A DNA stretch of 64,000 nucleotides, taken from Squalus acanthias (lineage: Eukaryota). The notes beneath the pieces were generated by a model, which saw only the letters and a list, made by a program, of their open reading frames with translations, did not search any database and was not told where the DNA came from. The stretch's first letter is position 1, and the number at the start of each line of letters is the position of its first letter. Location: NCBI GenBank assembly GCA_030390025.1, contig JASTWF010000361.1:310001-374000 (forward strand). Reading direction: 5' to 3'. Position numbers and translations under genes: made by a program. Shown one piece after another: positions 48,419 to 61,911 of this stretch.

Positions 48419-50100
48419 CGCTTCTTCCTTGAACAGAGGCCCAACCAGTCCCCATCCACCAGCACCCTCCTCCGCCTGGCTGAACTTGTTCTCACATTGA
48501 ACAACTTCTCCTTTGACTCCACTCATTTCCTCCAAATCAAAGGTTTTGCTGTGGGTACCCGCATGGGTCCTAGCTATGCCTGCCTTTTCGTGGGCTATGT
48601 GGAACACTCTTTGTTCCAGTCCTACTCAGGTCCCCTCCCTCACCTCTTTTTCTGATACATTGATGACTGTATCGGTGCCGTTTCCTGCTCTCGCCCTGAA
48701 CTAGACAATTTCATTCACTTTGCCTCCAATTTCCACCCTTCCCTCACCTTCACATGGTCCATCTCCGACTCTTCCCTTCCCTTACTCGACTACTCCGTCT
48801 CCATCTCTGGGGATAGGTTATTGACCAACATTCACTACAAGCCCACTGACTCCCACAGCTACCTGGACTACACTTCCTCCCACCCCGCCTCCTGTAAGGA
48901 CTCTATTCCCTTCTCCCAGTTTCTCCGTCTCCGCCGCATCTGCTCCGACGATGCCACCTTCCATACCAGTGCTTCCGACATGTCTTCCTTTTTCCTCAAC
49001 CGAGGATTCCCCTCTACCGTGGTTATCATGGCCCTCGACCGTGTCTGTTCTATCTCCCGCACTTCTGCCCTCACCCCTGCCCCTCCCTCCCGGAACCACG
49101 ATAGAGTTCCCCTTGTCCTCACCTTTCACCCCACCAGCCTCCACATTCAACGGATCATCCTCCGCCATTTCCGCCACCTCCAATGTGATCCCACCATCAA
49201 ACGTATCTTCCCCTCACCTCCCCTTTCAGCATTCCGTAGGGACCGCTCCCTCCGAGACACCCTAGTCCACTCCTCTATCACCCCCAGCACCCCTTCCCCC
49301 TCGCCCGGCACCTTCCCGTGCAAGCACAGGAGATGCAACACCTGCCCTTATACCTCCCCCCTTCCCACGCTCCAGGGACCCAAACACCCCTTCCAGGTGA
49401 AACAGCGATTTATTTGTACTTCTTGTAATCTAGTATACTCATTCGCTGCTCACGATGTGGTCTCCTCTACATTGGGGAGACCAAACGTAGATTGGGTGAC
49501 CGCTTTGCAGAACACCTCCGTTCAGTCCGTAAGGGGGACCCCGAGCTTCCGGTCGCCTGTCATTTTAACTCACCGCTCCACGCCCACTCTGACCTCACTG
49601 TCCTCGGCCTCTTACATTGTTCCACGGAAGCTCAGCGTAAGCTCGAGGAACAACACCTCATCTTCCGATTAGGCACTTTAAAGCCTTCCGGACTCAATAT
49701 CAAGTTCAACAATTTCAGATCATAACCTCGGCCCCCACCATTTTTATCCCCCCTTTTGGTTTGTGCCTTTTCCCTTTTTTTCTCTCTCTCCCACATGGCA
49801 GCTGTCTTTCATCCTGCCAGCGCATTTCACACTTCTGAGCCTTCTTTTGTTTCTTAACCTGTCCTATTACCATCTCGTCTCGCCTTGTATATCTCTTAAT
49901 GTCTCTACGTCTCACAGACCTTCCCTTTTGTTCTTTTATTCCCTCCCCCAGCCTCCAAACTTGCTTTTTCATCTGTTTCATTTCCTGCTTTTTTCTCAGT
50001 TCTGACGAAGTGTCTTCGACCTGAAAGGTTAACTCTGTTTCTCTCTCCACGGATGTTGCCTGGCCTGCTGAGTTTTTCCAGCGCTTTCTGTTGTTATTTC
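48419..50100 (+). mobile_element. Penelope-like element, right arm (RT, GIY-YIG, 3' terminus with degenerate hammerhead at 49998-50034)
   Basis: Plus-strand copy of the same RT and GIY-YIG sequence with a stop and frameshift. Inverted repeat of the left arm. Confidence 0.92.
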
Positions 50101-50205
50101 ATGCCTCCTTCCTAGTTGGGCCAAGAACATATTGGTCAAGGAAATTCTCCTGAACACATTTAAAAATTCCTCCCCCTCCTTTCCCTTTACCCTAGCATTA
50201 TCCCA
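50101..50205 (-). mobile_element. 5' continuation of the CR1 at 41623-43876
   Basis: WDNARVKGKEGEEFL endonuclease-region remnant. Joins 43876 across the duplicated ATGCCTC(T/C)TTCCTA. Confidence 0.8.
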
Positions 50206-51286
50206 ATAGGTTAGGAATAGCAACTAACACAATGGGAGCGATTTTCCCAGCCTCAAGGAGGTGAATTTGGAGGCGGGACAGTTGGAAAAATGGCAAAAAC
50301 TGAGTACGGGTTCGGAACCCACCTCCAACAGTCCAGAGAGGTAGTTAAGACCCTTAAATATTAGTTAAGGGCCTCTATAATCCTACTTTGAGAGGCCCTC
50401 GTTATTTTACCACATTTTCAACATGTTCCACGACCCTCCTAAACCACGCCAGCTAAACCTGGCGGGTTGACAAGTGGGTGGCCTCCTCACAGCTACAGCT
50501 CCGCCATTAAAACGGAACTTTCAACAGGGATTAGTTGCAGGTGGCAGAACTTTTGTTCCAAAGGCCTTTCAGCACTTTTAGCAGGCCTACCGAAGTCGGA
50601 GGTGCTGCTGCTTCTATCTCTCAACTGTGGAACCTTCTTGGAAGACCCTCTCCCCGCTTGGACAGAGCGCTTCCCCAACGGAGTTATCTGCCAGCAGCAT
50701 GGGAACCATTTATTTCCTTTCACCATGGAGCTCAGATTCGGATGAGGAGCATCCACGGCAGCAGCAGAACCAGGCAGCTCAGCAGCAGGAGCCCCAACCT
50801 CCTGCTCACCCACCTGATGCTGCACAGGGCAGAAGGCGCCAGCGCATGGAAGCACGTCACCGCAGGAGATACCCCCAACACAGGCTTTACAGACAGAGGA
50901 TGAGCTACCTCAACATGAGTGAGCAACAGTGCCAAAGGAGGCTGAGACTTTCGCGAGAGGTTGTCTGAGACACCTGCGCAATGCTGCACCAACACCTGGA
51001 GCCCAGAGGAGCGGGTGGACACCCCTTACCAGTGGCTGTCAAAGTCACAACCGCACTCAACTTTTTTGCCTCAGGCTCCTTCCAGGGATCATCAGCAGAC
51101 ATCAGCGGCATCTCCCAGTCGGCCGCCCACAGTTGCATCACGCAGGTTACCGATGCCCTTTTCGCAAAGGCCCACAATTACATTCACTTCTCAAGGGATC
51201 AAGCAAGTGTAACCATGCGTTCAGTTGGCTTTGCAAATATCGCAGGCTTGCCAATGGTGCAGGGCATCATAGAATGCACCCATGTG

Positions 51287-54200
51287 AGGAACCAACGAGA
51301 GATCAGGCCATCTTAGACTGGGTATTATGTAATGAGAAAGAATTAATTAGCAATCTTGTTGTGCAAGGCCCCTTGGAGAGGAGCGATCATAATATGATAG
51401 AATTCTTCATTAAGATGGAGAGTGAAGTAGTTGACTCAGAGAATAGGGTCCTGAATTTAAATAAAGGAAACTACGATGGTATGAGGTGCAAGTTGGCTAG
51501 GATGGATTGGAGAACGTTACTTAAAGGGTTGACGGTGGATAGGCAATGGCAAACATTTAAAGATCGCATGGATGTACTACAGAATTTGTTCATCCCTGTC
51601 TGGCATAAAAATAAAACAAAAAAGGTGGCGCAACAGTGGCTAACAAGGGAAATTATGGATAGCATCAGATCCAAGGAGAGGACATATAAATTGGCCAGAA
51701 AAAGCAGCAAACCTGAGGATTGGGAGCAGTTTAGGATTCAGCAAAGGAGGACAAAATGATTAATTAAGAGGGGGAAAATAGATTTTGAGAGTAAGCTTGC
51801 AGGGAACATAAAAACTGACTGTAAAACCTTCGAAAGATATGTGAAAAGAAAAAGATTGGTGAAGTCAAGCATAGGTCCCTTGCAGTCAGAATCAGGGGAA
51901 TTTATAATGGGGAACAAAGAAATGGCAGACCAATTAAATACATACTTTGGTTCTATCTTCACAAAGGAGGACACAAATAACCTCCCAGAGATGTCGGGGA
52001 ACATAGGGTCTAAAGAGAGGGAGGAACTGAATGAAATCAGTATTTGTAGGGAAATGGTGTTCGGGAAATTGACGGGATTGAAGGCCGATAAATCCCCAGG
52101 GCCTGATAATCTACATCCTAGGGTACTTAAGGAAGTGGCCCTAGAAATAGTAGATGCATTGCTGGTCATCTTCCAAAATTCTATAGACTCTGGAACAGTT
52201 CCCATGGATTGGAGGGTAGCTAATGCAATCCCACTATTCAAAAAAAGTGGTAGAGAGAAAACAGGGAATTATAGACCATCTGACATCAGTAGTGGGGAAA
52301 ATGCTAGAGTCCATTATAAAAGATGTAATAGCAGAGCACTTGGAAAACAGTGACAGGATCAGACAAAGTCAACATGGATTTACAAAAGGTAAATCATGCT
52401 TGACTAATCTACTGGAAATTTGAGGATACATAGATACATAGATACATAGATACATAGATACATAGATACATAGAAGATAGGAGCAGGAGTAGGCCATCCG
52501 GCCCTTCGAGCCTGCTCCGCCATTTAATGAGATCATGGCTGATCCTCCAATTCAGTATCCCGTCCCCGCCTTCTCTCCGTAACCCTTAACCCCTTTTGCC
52601 TGTAGAAATATATCTAATTCCCTCTTAAATATATTTAATGAGCTGGCGTACACTGCCCTCTGTGGCAATGAGTTCCACAGGTTCACCACCCTCTGAGTGA
52701 AGAAATTCCCCCTCATTTCTGTCCTAAATGGTTTAGCCCTTATCCTTAAATTATGTCCTCTAGTTCTGTTCTCACCCGCCAAGGGAAACATTCCTTCTGC
52801 ATCTAGTCTGTCTAGACCTGTCAGAATTTTATACACTTCTATGAGGTCCCCTCTCAATCTTCTAAACTCCAGTGTGTACATCCCTAAACTACATAGTCTC
52901 TCCTCATAGGTCAATCCCGCCATTCCTGGTATCAGCCTGGTGAATCGCCGCTGCACCCCCTCCATGGCAAGAACATCTTTCCTCAGATGAGGCGACCAAA
53001 ACTGTACACAGTACTCGAGGTGTGGTCTCACCAGTGCCCTGTACAGCTGCAGCAAGGTATCCCTGTTCCTGTATTCCAACCCTTTTGCTATGAAGGCCAG
53101 CATACCGTTTGCCTTCTTGATCGCCTGTTGCACCTGCATGCTCGCCTTCAGTGACTGGTGTACAAGAACACCCAGGTCTCTCTGTACTTCCCCCTCTCCC
53201 AATTTATTGCCATTTAAATAATAATTTGCCCTCCCGTTCCTGCACCCAAGGTGGATAACTTCGCACTTGTCCACATTATAGTGCATCTGCCATTTATCCG
53301 CCCAATCACCCAGTCTGTCCAAATCGCTCTGGAGCATCCTGTAACTGGTAGAATAGATAAGGGAGAACCAGTGGATGTGGTGTATTTGGACTTTCAGAAG
53401 GCTTTCGATAAGGTCCCGCATAAGAGATTAGCGTGCAAAGTTAAAGCACATGGGATTGGGGGTAAGGTACTGATTTGGATAGAGAACTGGTTGGCAGACA
53501 GGAAGCAAAGAGTTGGAATAAACGGGTCTTTTTCCGAGTGGCAGGCAGTGACTAGTGGGTTACCGCAGGGATCGGTGCTAGGACCCCAGTTATTCACAAT
53601 ATATATTAATGATCTAGACGAGGGAACTAGATGTAATATCTCCAAGTTTGCAGATGACATGAAGCTGGGTGGGCGTGTGTGCTGTGAGGAGGATGCCGAG
53701 AAACTCCAGTATGATTTGGACAGGTTGGGTGATTGGGCAGATGCAGTATAATGTGGATAAATGCGAGGTTATCCACTTTGGTAGCAAAAACAGGAAGGAA
53801 GATTATTTTCTGAACGGCAATAGATTGGGAAAAGGCGAAGTGCAACGAAACCTGGGTGTCCTTGTGCACCAGTCGCTGAAGGTAAGCATGCAGGTGCAGC
53901 AGGTGGTTAAGAAGGCAAATGGCCTTCATAGCGAGAGGATTCGAGTACAGGAGCAAGGATGTCTTGCTACAGTTGTACAGGGCATTGGTGAGACCACACC
54001 TTGAGTATTGTGTGCAGTTTTGGTCGCTTTATCTGAGGAAGGATGTTCTTGCCATGGAGGGAGTGCAGCGAAGATTCACCAGACTGATACCTGGGATGGC
54101 AGGAATGACGTATGAAGAGAGATTGGGTCAATTCGGCTTATATTCGCTGGAGTTTCGATGAATGAGAGGGGATCTCATTGAAAGTTATAAAATTCTAACA

Positions 54201-54560
54201 GGACTAGACAGACTAGATGCAGGAAGGATATTCCTGATGGCGGGGGAGTCCAGAACCAGTGGTCACAGTCTAAGGATAAGGGGTAAGCCATTTAGGACAG
54301 AGATGAGGAGGAATTTCTTCAACCAGAGAGTGGTGAACCTGTGGAATTCTCTACCACAGAAGGCAGTTGAGGCCAATTCATTAAATAGATTCAAGAAGGA
54401 GATCGATATATTTCTTAAGGTTAAAGGGATTAAGGGATATGGGGAGAAAGCAGGGACAGGGTACTGAATTTGGATGATCAGCCATGATCTCATTAAATGG
54501 CGGAGCAGGCTCGAGGGGCCGAATGGCCTACTCCTGCTCCTATCTTCTATGTTTCTATGT
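51287..54560 (+). mobile_element. CR1 LINE, 5'-truncated and degenerate
   Basis: Endonuclease-end and RT ORF fragments, 3' UTR, CTATGTTTCTATGT tail. Harbinger codons resume directly after it. Confidence 0.93.
52428..53339 (-). mobile_element. CR1 3' fragment nested antisense inside the previous CR1
   Basis: Open RT C-terminal ORF ending GYGEKAGTGY. (ATACATAG)n tail at 52428-52472. Host CR1 rejoins as TTTGAGGAT|GTAACTGG. Confidence 0.92.
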
Positions 54561-56749
54561 GGCCCTTAGGGCACCCCATCACAACCCAGCTATCTTTGTC
54601 AACTGCAAGGGCTTCCACTCCCTCAACATACAGCTGGTGTGTAACCACAAGAAAGAGATTTTGCATGTTTACGTCAAGTTCTGTGGTAGTTGTCATGACT
54701 CTTTCATCCTGCGGAACTCTAGTGTTCCTCCGCTCTTCAATCTGCCAAACTAACTTAATGGATGGCTCCTTGGTGACAAGGGCTACCCCCTGAAGAAGTG
54801 GCTAATGACGCCGATCAGGAGGCCAGCTAACGAGGCTGAAGAGCGCTACAACGCCAGCCACATTTCAACCAGGTCCATCATCAAGCAAACCATTGGCTTG
54901 TTGAAGATGCGATTCCGATGCCTTGACAGATCAGGTGGAGCCCTGCAGTATTCAGCAGCCAGGGTCTCCAGAATGGTCGTGGTCTGCTGTGCACTGCACA
55001 ACATGCACAGCGTCGTGACTTGCACCTTCCTGATGAGCAAGTGGTTCAGTTCCTAGCCTCCTCAGATGAGGATGAGGAGCAGGAGTGAGCGCCAGCCTAT
55101 CGACCAGCTGCACGCGAGCACATGGCTGCCTGTGATGCAAGGCATGCACTTATGCTGGCCAGATTTGCATAGGTTGCCCCTGTTGGCACATGTCCTTGGC
55201 TCCATCTTAAGACATGATAGATAATGGACATGACTCTCTGGCCTCCTTTCACTCTGGCTACCAATCTGACCGTGCAAGTGTTGCAGAGCCCACAATGTGG
55301 AGCTGCCTTAGGCGAAATAACATATGCCATCACGCCAACAGTTTGCCATCAAATCATTTTTATACTTTCAAACAGGGATGGCATTTCGTCAATACACATA
55401 AACATTCACCCAAGTGGCTACCCCTGTGACTAATGGTGCTTTATTTTTCTCTTATGCATGCTCCTACATGGTGCTCCCCCTGTGGCTTCAGCAGAAGTGG
55501 AGGCCCCTTGTTCACTTTCACGCTGCTCCTGCTTCGACACCTTTGCTGGGCGTCCTCTGGGTTTATGAGCCTGTGAGGGCTCACCAAACATCTGCTCCTC
55601 CTACGGCAGTGCAGGGGCTGAGATGCCCATCTCAGTTGGGTGCGAACTCTGGTGGGGCTCTGACCAAGGGCTACGCAGTGGCATGGAAGTGTGAGCATTT
55701 GGAGAGGAGCCCCTACTTCTTTGTTGTCTGCCACCAACTTCCCCTTCATGGGTCAGGTCCACCTCAGCACTTGCAAGTGGCTTGAGAGTACCTTGCTGCA
55801 CATCAGAGGGGCCATGGGGACCTGAATCTGCACTGGCAGTCCTACTCTAAAAGGCTTCTATGAAGCTCTGGTTTCTCTGTTCAATAGCTGCCAATCACTC
55901 CTCCAGAGATGTCAGTCTATTCTGAACAATCACCATGTTTTCCTCACTCTGGCGACTTATTTTCTCCATGGCTAAAGCCAGCCTTTCCACGGAGGTTGTC
56001 ATCCTTTCCATGGTGCTGCATATATGCACCATTGTCTCCCCAACGGCACTGCTCAGGTTAGAGCTGGACTCCTCCATCCTCTCCACACTCACAGTGACCC
56101 TGGAGACAAAACCTGCCAGAGACTCCTGCACCTGCTCCTGGAGTTCCAGCACCGCTCTCCTTCTGGATGGACCCAGAGGCACAGGGTCCACATGCAGCGG
56201 AGCAGAGCTGGCAGAGTCCTGCGCCCTGCGACGAGGCCTCTCCACTGCTGTCCCTGTCTCCACCACCTGCTGATGTTCACCTGTGAGATGTGATACACAC
56301 GGTGTCGACACTACTCTATGTCCCGAAGGTCCCACCGAGGTGTGCGTATCTGCGCTGGTGCTGGGTGCGCCTACATCTGCTGACGCTGCGTCCTCGGAGG
56401 TTGTAGGCTCCCCTGAGGAGTCTTGCTGCTCAGCCACTTCCTCGTCGACAGTGGTGGGGGGGTGGGGGGACGCTCTGTGGATGGTCCTGTGGGGGAGTAA
56501 AGGCATGGGTTAGACATTTGACAGAAGTGTGGCATGTACATGCAACAGTGCAGATGCTCAAGTAGCATTCTAATAATGTACACCAGCAGCCATTTCAGTC
56601 ACTCAAGCAGTGTAAATGAGAGCGAGGCAAAACTATTCTGTCACCAGCATGCTCTGCCTCGCCCATCTGTCCGTCCCCCACTTCCACCTCCACCTCTGTG
56701 CCAGCGATGTCCAGGGCCGCCTCTTCAGCCTGGGTGAGAAGGGCTAGGG

Positions 56750-59700
56750 TGTAATGGAATAAGCCATATTCCAAGAAATACACCATCCTTTAAACAGATT
56801 TCTGATATTATTAATACAAGACATACTGAGTTTAAAACATAGAAACATAGAAGATAGGAGCAGGAGTTGGCCATTCGGCCCCTCGAGCCTGCTCCGCCAT
56901 TCGATGAGATCATGGCTGATCATCTAAACTCAGTACCCTGTACCTGCCTTCTCCCCATATCCCTTGATACCTTTAGCTTTAACAAATATATCTAACTCAT
57001 CCTTGAATATATTTAATGACTTTGCCTCAACTACCTTCTGTGGTAGAGGATTCCACAGGTTCACCACTCTCTGGGTGAAGAAATTCTTCCTCATCTCAGT
57101 CCTAAATGGTTTACCCGTTATCCGTAGATTATGACTCCTGGTTCTGGACTCTCCGACCATCGGGAACATTCTTCCTGCATCTAGTTTGTCCAGACCTGTC
57201 AGAATTTTATATGTTTCGATGAGATCCCCTCTCATTCTTCTATACTCCAGTGAGTATAAGCCCAATCAAACCAATCTCTCCTCATATGTCATTCCTGCCA
57301 TCCCAGGTATCAGCCTTGTGAATCTTCGCTGAACTCCTTCCATGGCAAGAACATCCTTCCTCAGATAAGGCGACCAAAACTGCACACAGTACTCAAGGTG
57401 TGGTCTCACCAAGGCCCTGTACAACTGCAGCAGGACATCCCTGTTCCTATACTCAAATCCTTTCGCTATGAAGGCCAACATACCATTTGCCTTCTTCATT
57501 GCCTGCTGCACCTGCATGCTTACCTTCAGCGACTGGTGCACAAGGACACCCAGGTCTCGTTGCACTTCCCCTTCTCCCAATCTATTGCCATTCAGATAAT
57601 AGTCTGCCTTTCTGTTTTTGACACCAAAGTGGATAACCTCGCACTTATCCACGTTATATTGCATCTGCCATGCTTCTACCCACTCACCCAACGTGTCCAG
57701 ATCATCCTTGAGTTTCTCGGTATCCTCCTCGCAGCACACACTCCCACCCAGCTTTGTGTCATCTGCAAACTTGGAGATATTACATTTAATTCCCTTATCT
57801 AGATCATTAATGTATATTGTGAATAGCTGGGGTCCAAGGACCGATCCCTGCGGTACCCCACTAGTCACTGCTTGCCACTCGGAAAAAGACCCATTTATTC
57901 CTACTCTCTGCTTTCTGTCCGCCAACCAGTTCTCTATCCAATTCAATACCTTGCCCCCAATCCCATGTGCCTTAACTTTACACGCTAATCTCTTATGCGG
58001 GACCTTATCAAAAGCCTTTTGAAAGTCCAAATACACCACATCTACTGGTTCTCCCTTATCTATTTTCCCAGTTACATCCTCAAAAAAATTCCAGTAGATT
58101 AGTCAAGCACGATTTACCTTTTGTAAATCCATGTTGACTTTGTCCGATCCTGTCACTGTTTTTCAAGTGCTCAGCTATTACATCCTTTATAATGGACTCT
58201 AGCATTTTCCCCACTACCGATGTCAGGCTTACTGGTCTGTAATTGCCCGCTTTCTCTCTACCACCCTTTTTGAATAGTGGGGTAACATTAGCTACCCTCC
58301 AATCCATGGGTACAGTTCCAAATTCCATCAAATGTTGGAAGATGATCAGCAATGCATCTACTATTTCTAGGGCCACTTCCTTAAGTACCCTAGGATGTAG
58401 ATTATCAGGCCCTGGGGATTTATCGGCCTTCAATACCGTCAATTTCCCTAACACCATTTCCCTGCAAATACTGATTTCTTTCAGTTCCTCCCTTTCATCA
58501 GACCATATGTTCTCCAACATCTCTGGGAGGTTATTTGTGTCCTCCTTTGTGAGAAATAACAAGGGGCAGAAAACGTTAGTGGGAGTGGTATATAGACCTC
58601 CAAACAGTAACACGGAGGTTGGGGATGGCATTAAAAGGGAAATTAGAGAAGCATGCAGTAAGGGCACAGCAGTCATCATGGGTGACTTTAATTTATATAT
58701 AGATTGGGCTAACCAAATCAGTAAAAATACTGTGGAGGAGGAATTCCTAGAATGTTTACGAGATGGTTTTCTGGAACAATATGTCGAGGAACCAACCAGA
58801 GATCAGGCCATCTTAGACTGGGTATTATGTAACGAGAAAGGATTAATTAGCAATCTTGTTGTACGAGGCCCCTTGGGTCAGAGTGATCATAATATGATAG
58901 AATTCTTCATTAGGATGGAGAGTGAAGTAGTTGAATCAGAGACTAGGGTCCTGAATTTAAATAAAGGAAACTACGATGGTATGAGGCGCGAATTGGGTAG
59001 GATTGATTGGGGAATGTCACTCAAGGGGTTGACGGTGAATAGGCAATGGCAAACATTCAAAGACTGCATGGATGAACTACAGAATTTGTTCATCCCAGTG
59101 TGGCATAAGAATAAAACAAAAAGGGTGACTCAACCGTGGCTAACAAGGGAAATTAGGGATAGCATAAGATCCAAGGAGAGGGCATATAAATTGGCCAGAA
59201 AAAGCGGTAGCCCTGAGGATTGGGAGCAGTTTAGGATTCAACAAAGGAGGACAAAGGGATTAATTAAGAAGGGGAAAATAGAATATGAAAGTAAGCTTGC
59301 TAGGAACATAAAAAGTGACTGTAAGAGCTTTTATAGATATGTGAAGAGAAAAAGATTAGTGAAATCAAGTGTAGGTCCCTTGCAGTCAGAAGCGGGGGAA
59401 GTTATAATGGGGAATAAAGAAATGGCAGACCAATTAAATTCATATTTTGGTCTGGAAAGCCTCGGCGACACAGGCTGCAAACACAATATAGGCTTCTGAG
59501 ATAAGGTGAAGTGTTAACAAAAGCTGTAAAACACCACAAGCTTTGAAATGGGAATTAGTTTGTAAACACAAAAACAAAGCCCCTATTGAAGCAAACCATT
59601 GGCGCTTCCAGAAGGTCTGGAGTTTGGGAGAAACACAATGGAATGACCCAAGAAATGTGTCAAAATCTAACACGTCGAACAGGTGCACAGAACATTAAAA

Positions 59701-60516
59701 AAAACAAGTGCCTTTGAAAAAATGACATCAAGTAAAAGAAATAGCTGCCGTAAAATAGTTTTATGTTAAACTTAGAAACAGGAAACATGATTAAATATGC
59801 AACCAATTGAGATAGCAAGAAAACGAGTAAACACCCCAAGAGAAGTGTTTTCAAATTACAAGTTGTAAAAGGTACAAATAGGAAGGCTTTGAAAATATAA
59901 TATCAATAGATGACACCACGCAATTACATTGTGTTTGTATTGAACTTGGAACACCACGGAGTCATGACATCTGGCTTATAAGCAGTTAAGTGATACTAAG
60001 AATTCAATAGCAAGACTTCCATAGAATAGCATCAAAAAGATAAACGACAATAACCATAAAAATGATAAGTTTTTGAAACACCTAAAGGTAGAGACAGAAT
60101 TCTAAAAGTTTGCAGCTGAAATGACAGTAAGAATAGAAAAGAATTCAATAGAGTATCACTAGAGACAATTAGCTTACATCAAAAGAAAACTTCAAAGAAA
60201 ATACCACAAAAAAAAGGTATAAAAATAGAGCTTTTCAGATAGAGAGTCAGAAGTCGCTGGAAGGGCGAGCGTTTCTGAACTTCACAGGCATGCTCTGTAA
60301 GTTTTCAACTCTGAATCTCGGGTAATCAAGGTATTTGATTTTGGTGGATATTCTGGATTAAGAAATAAGTAGAAGTGTGGAAATGTAACGAAGTTAAGAT
60401 TTGAGAATAAGGATCTCTGATAAGAAATGCAAGCTATTTGTATTTTGAGTGAGTGTAGAGAGTCCAGAGCATAGATGCTTGGAAGGAGACAAAGATGGCG
60501 TGAGGTTCCATGTCCA
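56750..60516 (-). mobile_element. Probable solo LTR (~1.15 kb net), split by a CR1
   Basis: TGTAATGGAA...TTCCATGTCCA termini and a perfect 4-bp TSD AGGG (56746-56749, 60517-60520). Removing the CR1 restores a minus-strand ATTAAA about 85 bp from the end. Confidence 0.6.
56836..59450 (-). mobile_element. CR1 LINE with 5' inversion (56836-58550 minus; 58551-59450 inverted, plus)
   Basis: RT and 3' tail on the minus strand, endonuclease/tether region on the plus strand. The two parts are contiguous in the related copy at 51940-51970. Confidence 0.92.
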
Positions 60517-60735
60517 AGGGCCCTCCCTGTGCATTGTTAGTCATTGTCATTGCATAACATTGAAAGGGAGTGTGAGGGCAGCATAGTCCAATAGTCAAGT
60601 GATTGGGTTCATAGAGTGAGAGGGATGGTGAAGGGTGGAAGGGTTGTAAGGGTAAAGTGGGATGTGGAGGAGGAGGTTAACAATGCAGAGTGCTGGTGAT
60701 GAGAGGAGAAGTGGAGCAGAAGGAGGGTCAAGCTG

Positions 60736-61911
60736 ATAGAACATAGAACATAAAACAGTACAGCACAGTACAGGCCCTTCGGCCCTCGATGTTGTGCCGA
60801 GCATTGTCTGAGACCAAGATCAAGCTATCACACTCCCTATCACTCTGGTGTGCTCCATGTGCTTATCCAATAACCGCTTGAAAGTTCCTAAAGTGTCCGA
60901 CTCCACTATCACAGCAGGCAGTCCATTCCACACCCCAACCACTCTCTGAGTAAAGAATCTACCTCGGACATCCCTTCTATATCTCCCCCCATGCACCTTA
61001 TAGTTATGCCCCCTTGTAACAGCTGCCTCTACCCGAGGAAATAGTCTCTGAACATCCACTCTATCTATCCCCCTCATCATCTTATAAACCTCTATTAAGT
61101 CGCCTCTCATCCTCCTCCGCTCTAAAGAGAAAAGCCCCAACTCCCTCAATCTTTCCTCATAAGACCTCCCCCCCAAACCAGGCAGCATCCTGGTAAATCT
61201 CCTTTGCACTCTTTCCAATGCTTCCACGTCCTTCCTATAGTGAGGTGACCAGAACTGCACACAATATTCCAAATGTGGTCTCACCAAGGTCCTGTACAGT
61301 TGCAGCATAACCTCACGGTTCTTAAACTCAAACCCTCTGTTAATAAACGCCAACACACCATAGGCCTTCTTTACTGCTCTATCCACTTGAGTGGCAACCT
61401 TCAGAGATCTGTGGATATGAACCCCCAGATCCCTCTGCTCCTCCACGTTCCTCAGAACCCTGCCGTTGACCCTGTAATCCTTATTCACATTTGCCCTACC
61501 AAAATGAATCACCTCGCACTTATCAGGGTTAAATTCCATCTGCCATTTTTCGGCCCAGCTCTGCATCCTATCAATGTCTCTTTGCAGCCTACAACTGCCC
61601 TCCACCTCATCCACTACTCCACCAATCTTGGTGTCATCAGCAAATTTACTGATCCACCCTTCAGTCCCCTCCTCCAAGTCATTGATAAAAATCACAAACA
61701 GCAGAGGACCCAGCACCGACCCCTGTGGCACACCGCTGGTAACTGGTCTCCAGTCCGAAAATGTTCCATCCACCACCACCCTCTGCCTTCTATGAGATAG
61801 CCAGTTACTTATCCAATCGGCCAAATTTCCCTCTATCCCACAACTCCTTACTTTCTTCATGAGACGACCATGGGGAACCTTATCAAACGCCTTACTAAAA
61901 TCCATGTATAC
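60736..61911 (-). mobile_element. Young 5'-truncated CR1 with open RT frame (60820-61905)
   Basis: 361-aa ORF differing by two residues from the matching part of the 46281 ORF. Same 3' UTR. Confidence 0.95.

Larger units (their letters stand above)
50699..55170 (+). pseudogene. Harbinger (HARBI1-family) DDE transposase, split by a CR1 at 51287-54560
   Basis: VKVTTALNFFASGSFQ, GIIECTHV | [50 protein letters not shown]. Internal stop codons. Confidence 0.9.

Noticed and set aside
47893..48655. ORFs starting MESKEKLFNVRTSS on both strands
   Set aside because: They are artefacts of reading across the centre of the Penelope palindrome.
50699..55170. Host domesticated HARBI1 gene
   Set aside because: It has stop codons, a CR1 insertion, TIRs and a linked Myb/SANT partner, so it is a dead transposon.
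58243..59499. 418-aa ORF as a novel protein
   Set aside because: It is a chimera of antisense CR1 RT sequence read through the inversion junction into the CR1 endonuclease region.
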